Shown here piece after piece: positions 26,067 through 34,191 of a stretch of DNA of 64,000 bases. The stretch lies in NCBI GenBank assembly GCA_035541435.1, contig DATKNL010000002.1, forward strand, positions 67,962 through 131,961. Direction: 5' to 3'. The notes beneath the pieces are model-generated. The model saw only the letters and a list, made by a program, of their open reading frames with translations. It ran no database searches and was not told the origin of the DNA. Positions within the stretch are counted from its first letter, which is position 1. Every line of letters starts with the position of its first letter. A program made the position numbers and the translations under genes. The DNA comes from Minisyncoccota bacterium. Its GTDB lineage: Bacteria; Patescibacteriota; Minisyncoccia; UBA6257; 2-01-FULL-56-20.

Positions 26067-27122
26067 TCAGGCCGGCCCCGTGCCGGTTTTTTTGCGCAAA
26101 ATGACGAACGGCGTCATCTCGTCGGACTGCCCTGCCGGATTGTCGCGGAACGCCCGCATGATGAACGGTTCCGTGATCGCGCGCGACGTCTTGCCGAGTG
26201 AGAACGCGCCGCGGTAGTTCGCGTCGACGATCACCGCCTCGCAGCCGAACCGCTCCCTAATCGCGCGCGCGACGCCGTCCGGGTCGAGCGGGGCGAGCTT
26301 CGCCGCGTGGGCGTACTCGAGAATGAGGAACGACATCGGGCAGTCGATCGACTTCGCGCGCTTGCCGCAGATGCGATAGAACATGCCGCGGATGCCGAGC
26401 GGCCGCGTCACCGCCGCGACGGCCGCGGCGAAGAGCACGCGCGGATAGCCGGCCTCCTCGATGAACAGCTGCATGGCGATCGACGTGCCGTGGCCGAAGC
26501 CGCGGAAGTCCGCCGAACCATAGGCGTTGCCGATGTTACGGGCGAGGAACCGCGCGAGGCCGGTCGGCCTGATCGTCCCGATGTCGACGACGCGCTGCTG
26601 CACGATGCAGACGGCCTTCTCGCTCACGAAAAGGATGTCGCCAGGCCTGAGGTGCGGGCCCGCATAGTTCGCGATGATCGGCATGAGGTCCGTGTCGTCC
26701 ATCGTGATGAGCCGCGTGCGCACGGGCAGGCGCTCGTAGGTCATGCCGTCAACGTCGATCTCGATCGTCTTGCCGGGGTTCGGCGCGAGCTCCGCCGACG
26801 GCTTCACCTCTTTTGCCGGCGCGCGGTCATAGGTGACGCGCTCGCCGCGGAAGGCGGCGAAAAGCTTCTCGACAAGCGGACGGATCGCATCGAATCCTTC
26901 GCCGAGCTTCGCGCGCGACCGCAGAAGCTCGGTCGCCTCCATATAAAGGATGTGCGCCTCGTCGACGCGGTCCGGCCCGAACGAGGCCTCGGCGATGACG
27001 GCGCCGTCGCCTTTCGCGGCCTTCAGGGTGACTCGGCCGCTCCCCACGGGATCATACGCGATCGCGATCCCCGTTCCCGCAAGCATGTCGTCATACGCGA
27101 GCTGTCGCTCCTTGAAGGGCAT
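26067..27122 (-). CDS. CofE-like (F420-0:gamma-glutamyl ligase family fold) amide-ligase-like protein with extra N-terminal domain
   Basis: C-terminal ~200 aa resemble CofE-family (GDILFVSEKAVCIVQQR ~ GDVLVVSSK..AEGR; LAPLDPDG...AVIVDANYR ~ LPPLDPDG..VIITDTNGR). N-terminal 150 aa unassigned. Confidence 0.45.
   Translation of the reverse strand: MPFKERQLAYDDMLAGTGIAIAYDPVGSGRVTLKAAKGDGAVIAEASFGPDRVDEAHILYMEATELLRSRAKLGEGFDAIRPLVEKLFAAFRGERVTYDRAPAKEVKPSAELAPNPGKTIEIDVDGMTYERLPVRTRLITMDDTDLMPIIANYAGPHLRPGDILFVSEKAVCIVQQRVVDIGTIRPTGLARFLARNIGNAYGSADFRGFGHGTSIAMQLFIEEAGYPRVLFAAAVAAVTRPLGIRGMFYRICGKRAKSIDCPMSFLILEYAHAAKLAPLDPDGVARAIRERFGCEAVIVDANYRGAFSLGKTSRAITEPFIMRAFRDNPAGQSDEMTPFVILRKKTGTGPA
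26070..26093 (+). terminator. Rho-independent terminator after DoxX gene (overlaps 3' end of convergent gene)
   Basis: GCCGGC-CCCGT-GCCGG hairpin plus TTTTTTT. Confidence 0.5.
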
Positions 27123-27125
27123 TTT

Positions 27126-27154
27126 TTGACTGTATCATTAAAGCTTTATAAAAT
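27126..27154 (+). promoter_or_regulatory. Promoter TTGACT-N17-TAAAAT for panD (leaderless: -10 ends 6 nt before ATG)
   Basis: -35 and -10 hexamers at 17-bp spacing; ATG at 27161, no room for an SD. Confidence 0.45.
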
Positions 27155-27160
27155 GAACCC

Positions 27161-27544
27161 ATGCTCATCCGCGCCTGCATGGCGAAAATCCACCGCGCGA
27201 CCGTGACCCAGGCCGACCTCAACTATGTCGGCTCCGTCACGATCGACCAGGACCTCCTCGACGCGAGCGGCCTCGTTCCCTATCAGATGGTGAACATCAA
27301 CAACCTCGCGAACGGGACCTTCTGGCAGACCTATGTGATTCCCGGCAAGCGGGGTCAGGGAACGATCTGCCTCAACGGCCCGCCGGCGCGCCACTTCCAG
27401 CCCGGCGACAAGGTGATCATCATCGGCGAAGCCTATCTCGAGCCGAGCGAGCTCGGCAGCCTGAATCCCGTCGTCGTTTTCGTCGACGACAGAAACAAGG
27501 TGACGAAGATCGAGAAGCACAACGCGCTCGAAGTGGCGGAATAG
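27161..27544 (+). CDS. panD: Aspartate 1-decarboxylase (pyruvoyl-dependent)
   Basis: KIHRATVTQADLNYVGSVTID and the GS|VTID self-cleavage region; overall match to PanD over ~115 aa. Confidence 0.9.
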   Translation: MLIRACMAKIHRATVTQADLNYVGSVTIDQDLLDASGLVPYQMVNINNLANGTFWQTYVIPGKRGQGTICLNGPPARHFQPGDKVIIIGEAYLEPSELGSLNPVVVFVDDRNKVTKIEKHNALEVAE

Positions 27545-27619
27545 GACCGGATTAGGACGGACCAGCGAATAAGAAACGGCCGTTGCGCATGACGCAACGG
27601 CCTTGTTGATTGACGGCGA

Positions 27620-28696
27620 CTACGAGAAGAGTTCCCAGGAGAACGGCGGCACGAACCATTCCGGCTTCGTGTGGAACGGGACGTTCGCCATGAAGCGGTC
27701 CCCATAGGCCCGGGACCCGTCCGGAAACACCATGAGCACCCGCACCCGGCCGTCGTTGTGACGATGGCTGTCGAGGCGCCCCGCGAGCTTCTCCCCGGCG
27801 AGGAACCGGTTCGCCGCGACGCGGACCATGCCGCTGCTCGGGCCGCCGGTGACGCCGCCGAACCGGTGGTCGATCGCAGCCAGACGGTAGCAGGGGTCTT
27901 TCGGGACCTCGACCACCTGATTGACGGCCTTCTCCCACGGCAGCGAGACCTCCTTCATGCGGGCGCGGTCGCGCACGCCGGGGACCTCCTCGCCATCCTC
28001 GAGCAGCGCACCGACGACCGTGACGTTATTATCCCCCAGCTGCTGTTTGAAGAACCGGCTGAGACCGATGACCGTCCCTCCGGTGCCGATGTCGGCCACC
28101 AGGACGTCGATCGACTTCTCGGGCAGCTCTTCGAAAACGGCGGGACCGGTCAGGAATTCATGGATGCGGTAGCCGGCGGGGTTTGCGTATTGGTCGAGGT
28201 TTCGGGCAACGCCCTCTTTGTGCATGGCGCGGGCGGTCGCAATGCCGCTCATGCCAGGCCGCGGATGGATGATCTCCGCCCCCGTAAGGACGAGCGGATC
28301 GCGCTTGCCATCGGGGAGGTCGCTGTTCACGACGAGGATGACGCCTGGGGCGTTGAACGGGTGCGCGACACCGAGATAGCCGAGCGCGATCCCGGTATTC
28401 CCAGAGGTCGCCTCGACCAACGGCTTGTCGGAGAGGTCGATCTCCCGGTCTTTGGCGTCCACGAGCAGGCCTAAGACCGTCAGGAATTTTATGTTTTCGT
28501 ACGGCAACCGGTACATGATCGCCGCATAAAGGTCCACGCCGTCGCTATAGAACGGGTTGAGGATCGGCGGAATTTCCCAGATCGGAATGTCGAGGGACCA
28601 TGCGTCCACCTTTGGAGAGGTGGTCCGGCTATCGAGGTACCGATCGAGATACAGGTTGCGGATTGCCACGGCAGCTCCTTTCGTAATCGAACTCAT
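27620..28696 (-). CDS. PLP-dependent enzyme of the cysteine synthase / Trp-synthase-beta (fold type II) family
   Basis: Start reassigned to MSSITKG at 28696. SGNTGIALGY motif and ADIGTGGTV glycine-rich PLP-phosphate loop. Confidence 0.75.
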   Translation of the reverse strand: MSSITKGAAVAIRNLYLDRYLDSRTTSPKVDAWSLDIPIWEIPPILNPFYSDGVDLYAAIMYRLPYENIKFLTVLGLLVDAKDREIDLSDKPLVEATSGNTGIALGYLGVAHPFNAPGVILVVNSDLPDGKRDPLVLTGAEIIHPRPGMSGIATARAMHKEGVARNLDQYANPAGYRIHEFLTGPAVFEELPEKSIDVLVADIGTGGTVIGLSRFFKQQLGDNNVTVVGALLEDGEEVPGVRDRARMKEVSLPWEKAVNQVVEVPKDPCYRLAAIDHRFGGVTGGPSSGMVRVAANRFLAGEKLAGRLDSHRHNDGRVRVLMVFPDGSRAYGDRFMANVPFHTKPEWFVPPFSWELFS

Positions 28697-28772
28697 AACA
28701 ATGCTGCAGCTGCGGCAATCATAGCCCCGGCGCCCCGAAATCGCAACCGTCCCGCCGGCTGCCTGGGGCGGC

Positions 28773-29873
28773 CTATCTGAGCGCAAGGAACGCCTGCAGA
28801 TAATCGACGGCGATGCCGCCATAAGAGGCGTCGTTCGCAAAGGCGCCATCGATGGCGGCCGTCGCGCCATAGAGGTCGTCCTTCGACATGCCGAAGAAGG
28901 TAATCGAGCGCGGCGAGACGTCGCCCGCCTCCTGCGCCACGATCACCTGCACGCCCGTGCCGTCGGCGGCCCGCACCTCGTCGCCCGCGAGCGCCACCGA
29001 TCCCCCGCCGCCCGTCACCACGTTGCGGTACGCGAGCACCATCACGCGGCCGCTGCCGGCGGGCAGCGCGCCGAGCGCGCGGACGACGTGATTGAACGGA
29101 TAGTCTGCCACGCCGCCGATCACGATCTTCGGAACCGTCCCGTGATCCGACGAATAGAAATACGGGACGATCATCGTAAGCGGCAGCGGCGCCGAGGACG
29201 AGGCCGTGGACGATGCCGCAGCCGCCTGGTCGCGCGAGACGAGGTTCCTCACGAGGCCGACATAGTCGGCAAGCACCGTCGCGGGATCGGTCGCGTAATC
29301 AGGCAGCGAGTAGGACTCGACGTCGAACTGCACGCCGCGGAACTTGCCGTCATGCGTCGCGTTGAACGATTGGACGAAGCTCATGACCGCATACGGCTGC
29401 CAATAATACTGCGGCTCGCCCCAGTCGATCTCGCCCGCCTCGGCGTCGACCGCGATGCCGCGCTGGTGCGCGATCGAGATGAACTCATAGAGCGCGTTCG
29501 AGAACCGTGCGAACGCGGCCTGCTTCGCCGCGCCGGCACGCAGGTTGTAGATGTTGAGGTAAGGATCGATCGAAAGGTAGATCGCGTTGAAATGGCTGTC
29601 AGCCGCATCGTCAACGATCTGCTGCATCGTCGACGTGGGCATCTGCGCTATGGGGTTCCAGACCCACGTGCCGATCTCTTTGTTGGTCATCACGCCGAAC
29701 GGGGTCGACGTGGGCGCGGGCGGCCCGGACGGGGTCGACGTCGCGCCGCTGCTGCCGATGCCCGGTACGGCCTGGTTGCGCGGGGCGACAAGCAGCGTCA
29801 AAAGGACGGCAAGGACGGCTACGCCCACGAGAGCAAGCTTGCCCCGGCTAACGGTGAATCGGCCCATCTGCAT
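28773..29873 (-). CDS. Secreted/anchored hypothetical protein, putative TIM-barrel glycoside-hydrolase-like (paralog A)
   Basis: N-terminal signal/TM. Shares GIAVDAEAGE, RGVQFDVE, VMVLAYRN and VQVIVAQE blocks with paralog 30166-31632. Confidence 0.55.
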   Translation of the reverse strand: MQMGRFTVSRGKLALVGVAVLAVLLTLLVAPRNQAVPGIGSSGATSTPSGPPAPTSTPFGVMTNKEIGTWVWNPIAQMPTSTMQQIVDDAADSHFNAIYLSIDPYLNIYNLRAGAAKQAAFARFSNALYEFISIAHQRGIAVDAEAGEIDWGEPQYYWQPYAVMSFVQSFNATHDGKFRGVQFDVESYSLPDYATDPATVLADYVGLVRNLVSRDQAAAASSTASSSAPLPLTMIVPYFYSSDHGTVPKIVIGGVADYPFNHVVRALGALPAGSGRVMVLAYRNVVTGGGGSVALAGDEVRAADGTGVQVIVAQEAGDVSPRSITFFGMSKDDLYGATAAIDGAFANDASYGGIAVDYLQAFLALR

Positions 29874-30165
29874 AGGGTGGTTGGTATGGAACCATTATAC
29901 GGAATGCGTCCGCCGGCCCGGATTCAGATCTGAAATAAATACCCCGGACGGTTGTATTAAGGGAAGTCAGGCAGCAGCTCGCTCCCTAGCGGATTCGTCC
30001 CCGCTATCGCTGCGTTTTTGGCGCCTGTGATCCTCATAAAATAACCATCAACCTCATGTAAGATCGATCTGGAGAAGGCCGAGCGCTTGGCCAAATGACC
30101 GCCTTGCTGTCGAGCAGGGACGTGGCGCCCGGTCGCGACCTCGCAACTAACCAGACCCCTACTAT

Positions 30166-31632
30166 ATGAATTTCAGCGTTCAGGGAAGCCGCGGGCGGCA
30201 ATTCCTCACCGCCGCATTCGCCGCGCTCCTCATCGGAGCGACCGGCGCAACCGCAGCCTCCTTTGTCAGCGTTCCTTCCCCTCTTACGGCCAGCATCGCA
30301 AGCGCCGCGGCAGCGACGCCCTGCATGCCGAGCCTCACCCTGCAGACCACGAGCGGCAACGCGTATCAGGGTACGTCCATGAGCTATCTCATCACGGCCG
30401 TGAATTCCGGTGGCATCGCATGCACCAACACGGTCGTCACCCTCTATTACGCAGCCAACGAGCACTTTGGTTCGTCATCGCCGTCACCGGCTCCCGGCAG
30501 TTACTATTGGAACATCGGGACCATGGCGACCGGATCGCATGAAAGCATCCGGCTCGTGACCAACCGCAACGCGGACCTCGCCTCGGGCCAGCTCACCGAC
30601 GCCGCATGCGTGGGAGCCTCGAACGGGACCCGCACCTGCGGCCACACCGCGCCGGTCGCCGGACCGACGGTGGTCGTCCAGGCAGGACCCGTGCAGCCCG
30701 CTCCCGCTCCCGTTCATGTCACCGCCCCCGCTTCGGCGCCAGCGCCGTCGTCGGTCGCCCAGCCCGCAGTCGCCCTTCCCGGATCGTCCGAGAGCGGCGT
30801 CTGGGAATGGACCTCGGCCTATGGCATGACGCCCTCAGCGGCCCAGCAGATCGTGAACAACGCGTCGGCAGGCGGGTTCAACGTGATCTATGAGACCGTT
30901 GACTCGTCGTTCAACCTGAGCGGCACCGCCCTCGCGAACTACGAATCGTCCCTCAACACGCTCCTCACCCTCGCCGCAGAGAAAGGCATCGCGGTCGATG
31001 CCGAAGCCGGCGCAAGCGACTGGGCCCTCGCGGGCGGATGGAGCAAGCCCGAAGCCATCGTGAGCTTCGTCGCGAACTACAACCAGTCGCACGCGGTCAA
31101 GTTCCGCGGCGTGCAGTTCGACATCGAGCCCTACACGCTCGCCCAATACGCCTCGAGCCCCGCAAGCGTGCTCACGAGCTACGTACAGATGGTCGAAGCG
31201 GTCACGAACGTCGACCGCACTTATGGCCTCCCGCTCGGGTTCGACGTCCCGTTCTTCTATACGGCACCGACAGGCGCCCCTCAGGTCACGGTTGACGGCA
31301 TTACGACCTATCCGATCAACCATCTCGTGCGGCTCCTCAACACCCTGCCGAACGGCCGCCTGCTCGTGATGTCCTATCGCAACACCGCTGCCGGGTCGAA
31401 CGGAACCGTCGCCATCGCGACGCCCGAAATCCAGGCAGCGAACGGCACCAACGTGAAAGTGATCGTCGGACAGGAAACGAGCAACGTCACGCCGAGCTAC
31501 ATCACCTTCTATGGCATGACGAAGGCGCAGATGGCGACGCAGGTTGCCGCAGTCCGGCAGTCGCTCGCCTCGAACCCGTCCTTCGGCGGCATGGCGACCC
31601 ACTACCTCGAGACCTATATGCAGCTCCCCTAA
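30166..31632 (+). CDS. Secreted hypothetical protein: N-terminal DUF11-like beta domain + putative glycoside-hydrolase-like domain (paralog B)
   Basis: Signal peptide, ~180-aa extra N-terminal domain, C-terminal domain paralogous to 28773-29873 (GIAVDAEAGASDW, RGVQFDIEPY, LLVMSYRN, VKVIVGQE). Confidence 0.55.
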   Translation: MNFSVQGSRGRQFLTAAFAALLIGATGATAASFVSVPSPLTASIASAAAATPCMPSLTLQTTSGNAYQGTSMSYLITAVNSGGIACTNTVVTLYYAANEHFGSSSPSPAPGSYYWNIGTMATGSHESIRLVTNRNADLASGQLTDAACVGASNGTRTCGHTAPVAGPTVVVQAGPVQPAPAPVHVTAPASAPAPSSVAQPAVALPGSSESGVWEWTSAYGMTPSAAQQIVNNASAGGFNVIYETVDSSFNLSGTALANYESSLNTLLTLAAEKGIAVDAEAGASDWALAGGWSKPEAIVSFVANYNQSHAVKFRGVQFDIEPYTLAQYASSPASVLTSYVQMVEAVTNVDRTYGLPLGFDVPFFYTAPTGAPQVTVDGITTYPINHLVRLLNTLPNGRLLVMSYRNTAAGSNGTVAIATPEIQAANGTNVKVIVGQETSNVTPSYITFYGMTKAQMATQVAAVRQSLASNPSFGGMATHYLETYMQLP

Positions 31633-31675
31633 GCTGCACCCTAAAAGAAACCTTTTCTCGGCTGAAACCCGAAAA

Positions 31676-31697
31676 CCGCCCCAAAAGGGCGGTTTTT
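31676..31697 (+). terminator. Rho-independent terminator
   Basis: CCGCCC-CAAAA-GGGCGG plus TTTTT. Confidence 0.6.
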
Positions 31698-31726
31698 GGC
31701 TAATAGCCTGCTTTGTTTATGGTACC

Positions 31727-31754
31727 TTGACAGAAAAAGGTAGCTTGCTAAAAT
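31727..31754 (+). promoter_or_regulatory. Promoter TTGACA-N16-TAAAAT for padR (ATG 6-7 nt after -10, leaderless)
   Basis: Consensus -35, good -10; ATG at 31761. Confidence 0.5.
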
Positions 31755-31760
31755 AGAATT

Positions 31761-32078
31761 ATGGAAACGAAAGACAAGTTCGATCCGATCCGTAAGGGTC
31801 TTCTGGAATTCGTGGTGTTGCGGGTGATCGCGAGCCGAAAGGTCTATGCCGCCGACATCCTGAAGATCCTCGACTCCACGGAATTCGGCACGCAGGAAGG
31901 CACGCTCTATCCCCTGCTCTCGCGCCTGCGCCGGGAAGGGCTCGTGGAATATGAATGGATCGAGTCGGACGCCGGTCCGCCGCGCAAGTACTACCGCCTG
32001 ACGGCGAAAGGCGACGAGCAGCGAAAGGTCCTTGAGCGGTATTGGGACGATCTCACCGCAACCATAAAAAACCTATGA
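31761..32078 (+). CDS. PadR-family transcriptional regulator
   Basis: 105 aa winged-HTH (TLYPLLSRLRREGLVEYEW...RKYYRLT). Confidence 0.85.
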   Translation: METKDKFDPIRKGLLEFVVLRVIASRKVYAADILKILDSTEFGTQEGTLYPLLSRLRREGLVEYEWIESDAGPPRKYYRLTAKGDEQRKVLERYWDDLTATIKNL

Positions 32079-33208
32079 ACAAAGTCATCACCATCAATCT
32101 GAACGGACGCGCCTATCAGCTCGAAGAGGCCGGCTATGAGACCCTGCGCGCCTATCTCGACCAGGCGGCCGCGAAGCTACAGGGCAATCCCGACAAGGAC
32201 GAGATCATGGCCGACTTCGAGCAGGCCATCGCCGACAAGTGCGATGCCTATCTCGGCAGCCACAAGAACGTCATCGGCGCGGCGGAAATCGACGAGATCA
32301 TCAAGAAGATGGGGCCGGTCGACGCGGGCGGCGGCGAACGCGCGGCGGCCGATGCGCCGAACGCCGGGCGGGCGGGCGGCACGCTGCCGCCGAAGCGGCT
32401 GTTCCAGATCCGTGAAGGCGCCTGGATCTCGGGCGTCTGCAACGGCCTCGCCGCCTATTTCAACGTCGACGTCGCGCTCGTGCGGATCCTCTTCGTGCTG
32501 CTCGGCATCCTGACGCACGGGTTCGGCGTCGCGGCCTATGTGATCCTCATGATTCTCATGCCGGTCGCCCGCACGGACGACGACCTTGCCGCGGCGCGGG
32601 GCGTGAAGCCCCTCAACGCGCACGACTTCATCGAGCAGGCGAAGTCGCGCTATGCGGACTTCGAGCGGGAATTCGCCAAGCGCCCCGAACAGCCCGACGC
32701 GATGGCTGGCCGCGAGGCATGGCACAAGTGGCGCGACGACATGAAGGCGTGGCGGCGGGAATGGAAGGCCGACATGCGGCGTGAGCGCGGCATGCGGCGC
32801 GCCGAGATGCACGCGCACCGGCACGAGCTCCACGAGCAGTACGGGATGGGATTCTTCCGCTTTGTCGTCGGCGTCATCCTCGTCTTCCTGTTTGCCGCCT
32901 GGATCATGGCCCTTGTCTCGGTCGTGAGCCACGGCACCGCGTTCGGCTTCGCCCTCGCGGCGGGCCATCCGCTCTGGGTGCCCATCGTGTTCCTCTGCGC
33001 CCTCTTCTATGTGGTGGCCGCCCCGTTCAGGCTGCTCATGCGGAACGCGCGGCCCTGGCGCCGGCGCCATTACAGCGCGTTCATCGACATCGTCGAGTCG
33101 CTCTTCTTCATCTTCGCCCTCTATCTGCTCGCCTATACCGCCGGGATGATGTTCCCGAGCGTGAACGAGGCGCTTTCGACGGCCTGGAACTATCTGCGGT
33201 CGGTCTAG
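32075..33208 (+). CDS. PspC-domain membrane protein
   Basis: Start reassigned to MNKVITINLNG at 32075 (ATGA overlap with padR stop). PspC domain (LFQIREGAWISGVCNGLAAYFNVDVALVRILFVLL), Arg/His-rich linker, C-terminal TM bundle. Confidence 0.75.
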   Translation: MNKVITINLNGRAYQLEEAGYETLRAYLDQAAAKLQGNPDKDEIMADFEQAIADKCDAYLGSHKNVIGAAEIDEIIKKMGPVDAGGGERAAADAPNAGRAGGTLPPKRLFQIREGAWISGVCNGLAAYFNVDVALVRILFVLLGILTHGFGVAAYVILMILMPVARTDDDLAAARGVKPLNAHDFIEQAKSRYADFEREFAKRPEQPDAMAGREAWHKWRDDMKAWRREWKADMRRERGMRRAEMHAHRHELHEQYGMGFFRFVVGVILVFLFAAWIMALVSVVSHGTAFGFALAAGHPLWVPIVFLCALFYVVAAPFRLLMRNARPWRRRHYSAFIDIVESLFFIFALYLLAYTAGMMFPSVNEALSTAWNYLRSV

Positions 33209-33215
33209 GCCGAGG

Positions 33216-33470
33216 CTATGCGATCCTGAAGCCGGTGAACTTGCCCCGTGCTTCGGACCACGTCTCGTCCAGCTTCGTGACTTTCGCCGTGATCGGGCCC
33301 TTCCTGCACCATTCCAAAAATTCCTTGAGCGCGTCCTCGTCCCCTTCGGCTTCGATATAGACGCTTCCGTCGGGTTCGTTCATGACGAAACCGGCGATGT
33401 GGAGCTTGCGCGCGACCCAATAGGCCGACATGCGATAGCCGACGCCCTGCACGTCGCCGCTGATCTTCAT
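33216..33470 (-). CDS. acyP: Acylphosphatase
   Basis: Start reassigned to MKISGDVQGVGYR at 33470. VQGVGYR and GFVMNEPDGSV signature. Confidence 0.8.
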   Translation of the reverse strand: MKISGDVQGVGYRMSAYWVARKLHIAGFVMNEPDGSVYIEAEGDEDALKEFLEWCRKGPITAKVTKLDETWSEARGKFTGFRIA

Positions 33471-33569
33471 CGTGAGGTTCTTCACGACCTCATTATGGCA
33501 CAAATCCCGCAACGAAAAAGCGGCCCTTCGCGGGCCGCCGTTCCTTATCGATCGGGCTGACGCGGGCCG

Positions 33570-33782
33570 CTAGCCCATATCAGGCGTCTCGTCCCACTTC
33601 TTATTGAAGTCGGCGGACCACTTCGCGGTCTCCGCCTGGGGCATGGCCTTGATCTGCTCGGCCATCTCGGGATGGGCTTCCTCGACATGCTTCATGCCGT
33701 TCTGCATGAGCTCCTCGGGATTGCTTCCGGTGAGGACGGCCTCGCACGGACCTCCCATCTGGGCGCAGGTCATCTGTTTCAT
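33570..33782 (-). CDS. DUF1059-family small protein
   Basis: 70 aa, MKQMTCAQMGGPCEAVLTGSNPEEL...HVEEAHPEM pattern. Confidence 0.55.
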   Translation of the reverse strand: MKQMTCAQMGGPCEAVLTGSNPEELMQNGMKHVEEAHPEMAEQIKAMPQAETAKWSADFNKKWDETPDMG

Positions 33783-33833
33783 TGGCGTATGTGCGTTAGG
33801 TTTGTTTGCTCTCGGTCGACCTGTTCTCTCGCC

Positions 33834-34190
33834 TCATAACTCTATCATATCGAAGGCTATGATCCCGTATCGGCGGATCTTCTCGCGGTAGCCGGGATAG
33901 CCGCGGTAGATAGTACGCATTTCGCCGAGGGAACGCACCGCCGGCATGACGCGCCTCACGGGAACCGCCTTCGCAAGCGCGCCGACCGTCCTGAATACCC
34001 TGACCCGGGCTATCTTCCTTCGCAGCCGCCCGCGGCCGCACGTGAACACGAGCACGTCACCCTTCCGGATCGCCCGGTATCTCGGCGTCGCGGCGCGGGT
34101 CTCGACCGTCTTCAGGCCATCGCGGATGTCGATGAACATGCCGCGGTCCTCGGCGCGGAGCCGCAGGGTCCATTCCTTGGGGTTCGTCAT
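33834..34190 (-). CDS. ASCH-domain protein
   Basis: 118 aa. Beta-barrel ASCH-like pattern (KTVETR..., GDVLVF). Confidence 0.6.
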   Translation of the reverse strand: MTNPKEWTLRLRAEDRGMFIDIRDGLKTVETRAATPRYRAIRKGDVLVFTCGRGRLRRKIARVRVFRTVGALAKAVPVRRVMPAVRSLGEMRTIYRGYPGYREKIRRYGIIAFDMIEL

Positions 34191-34191
34191 G

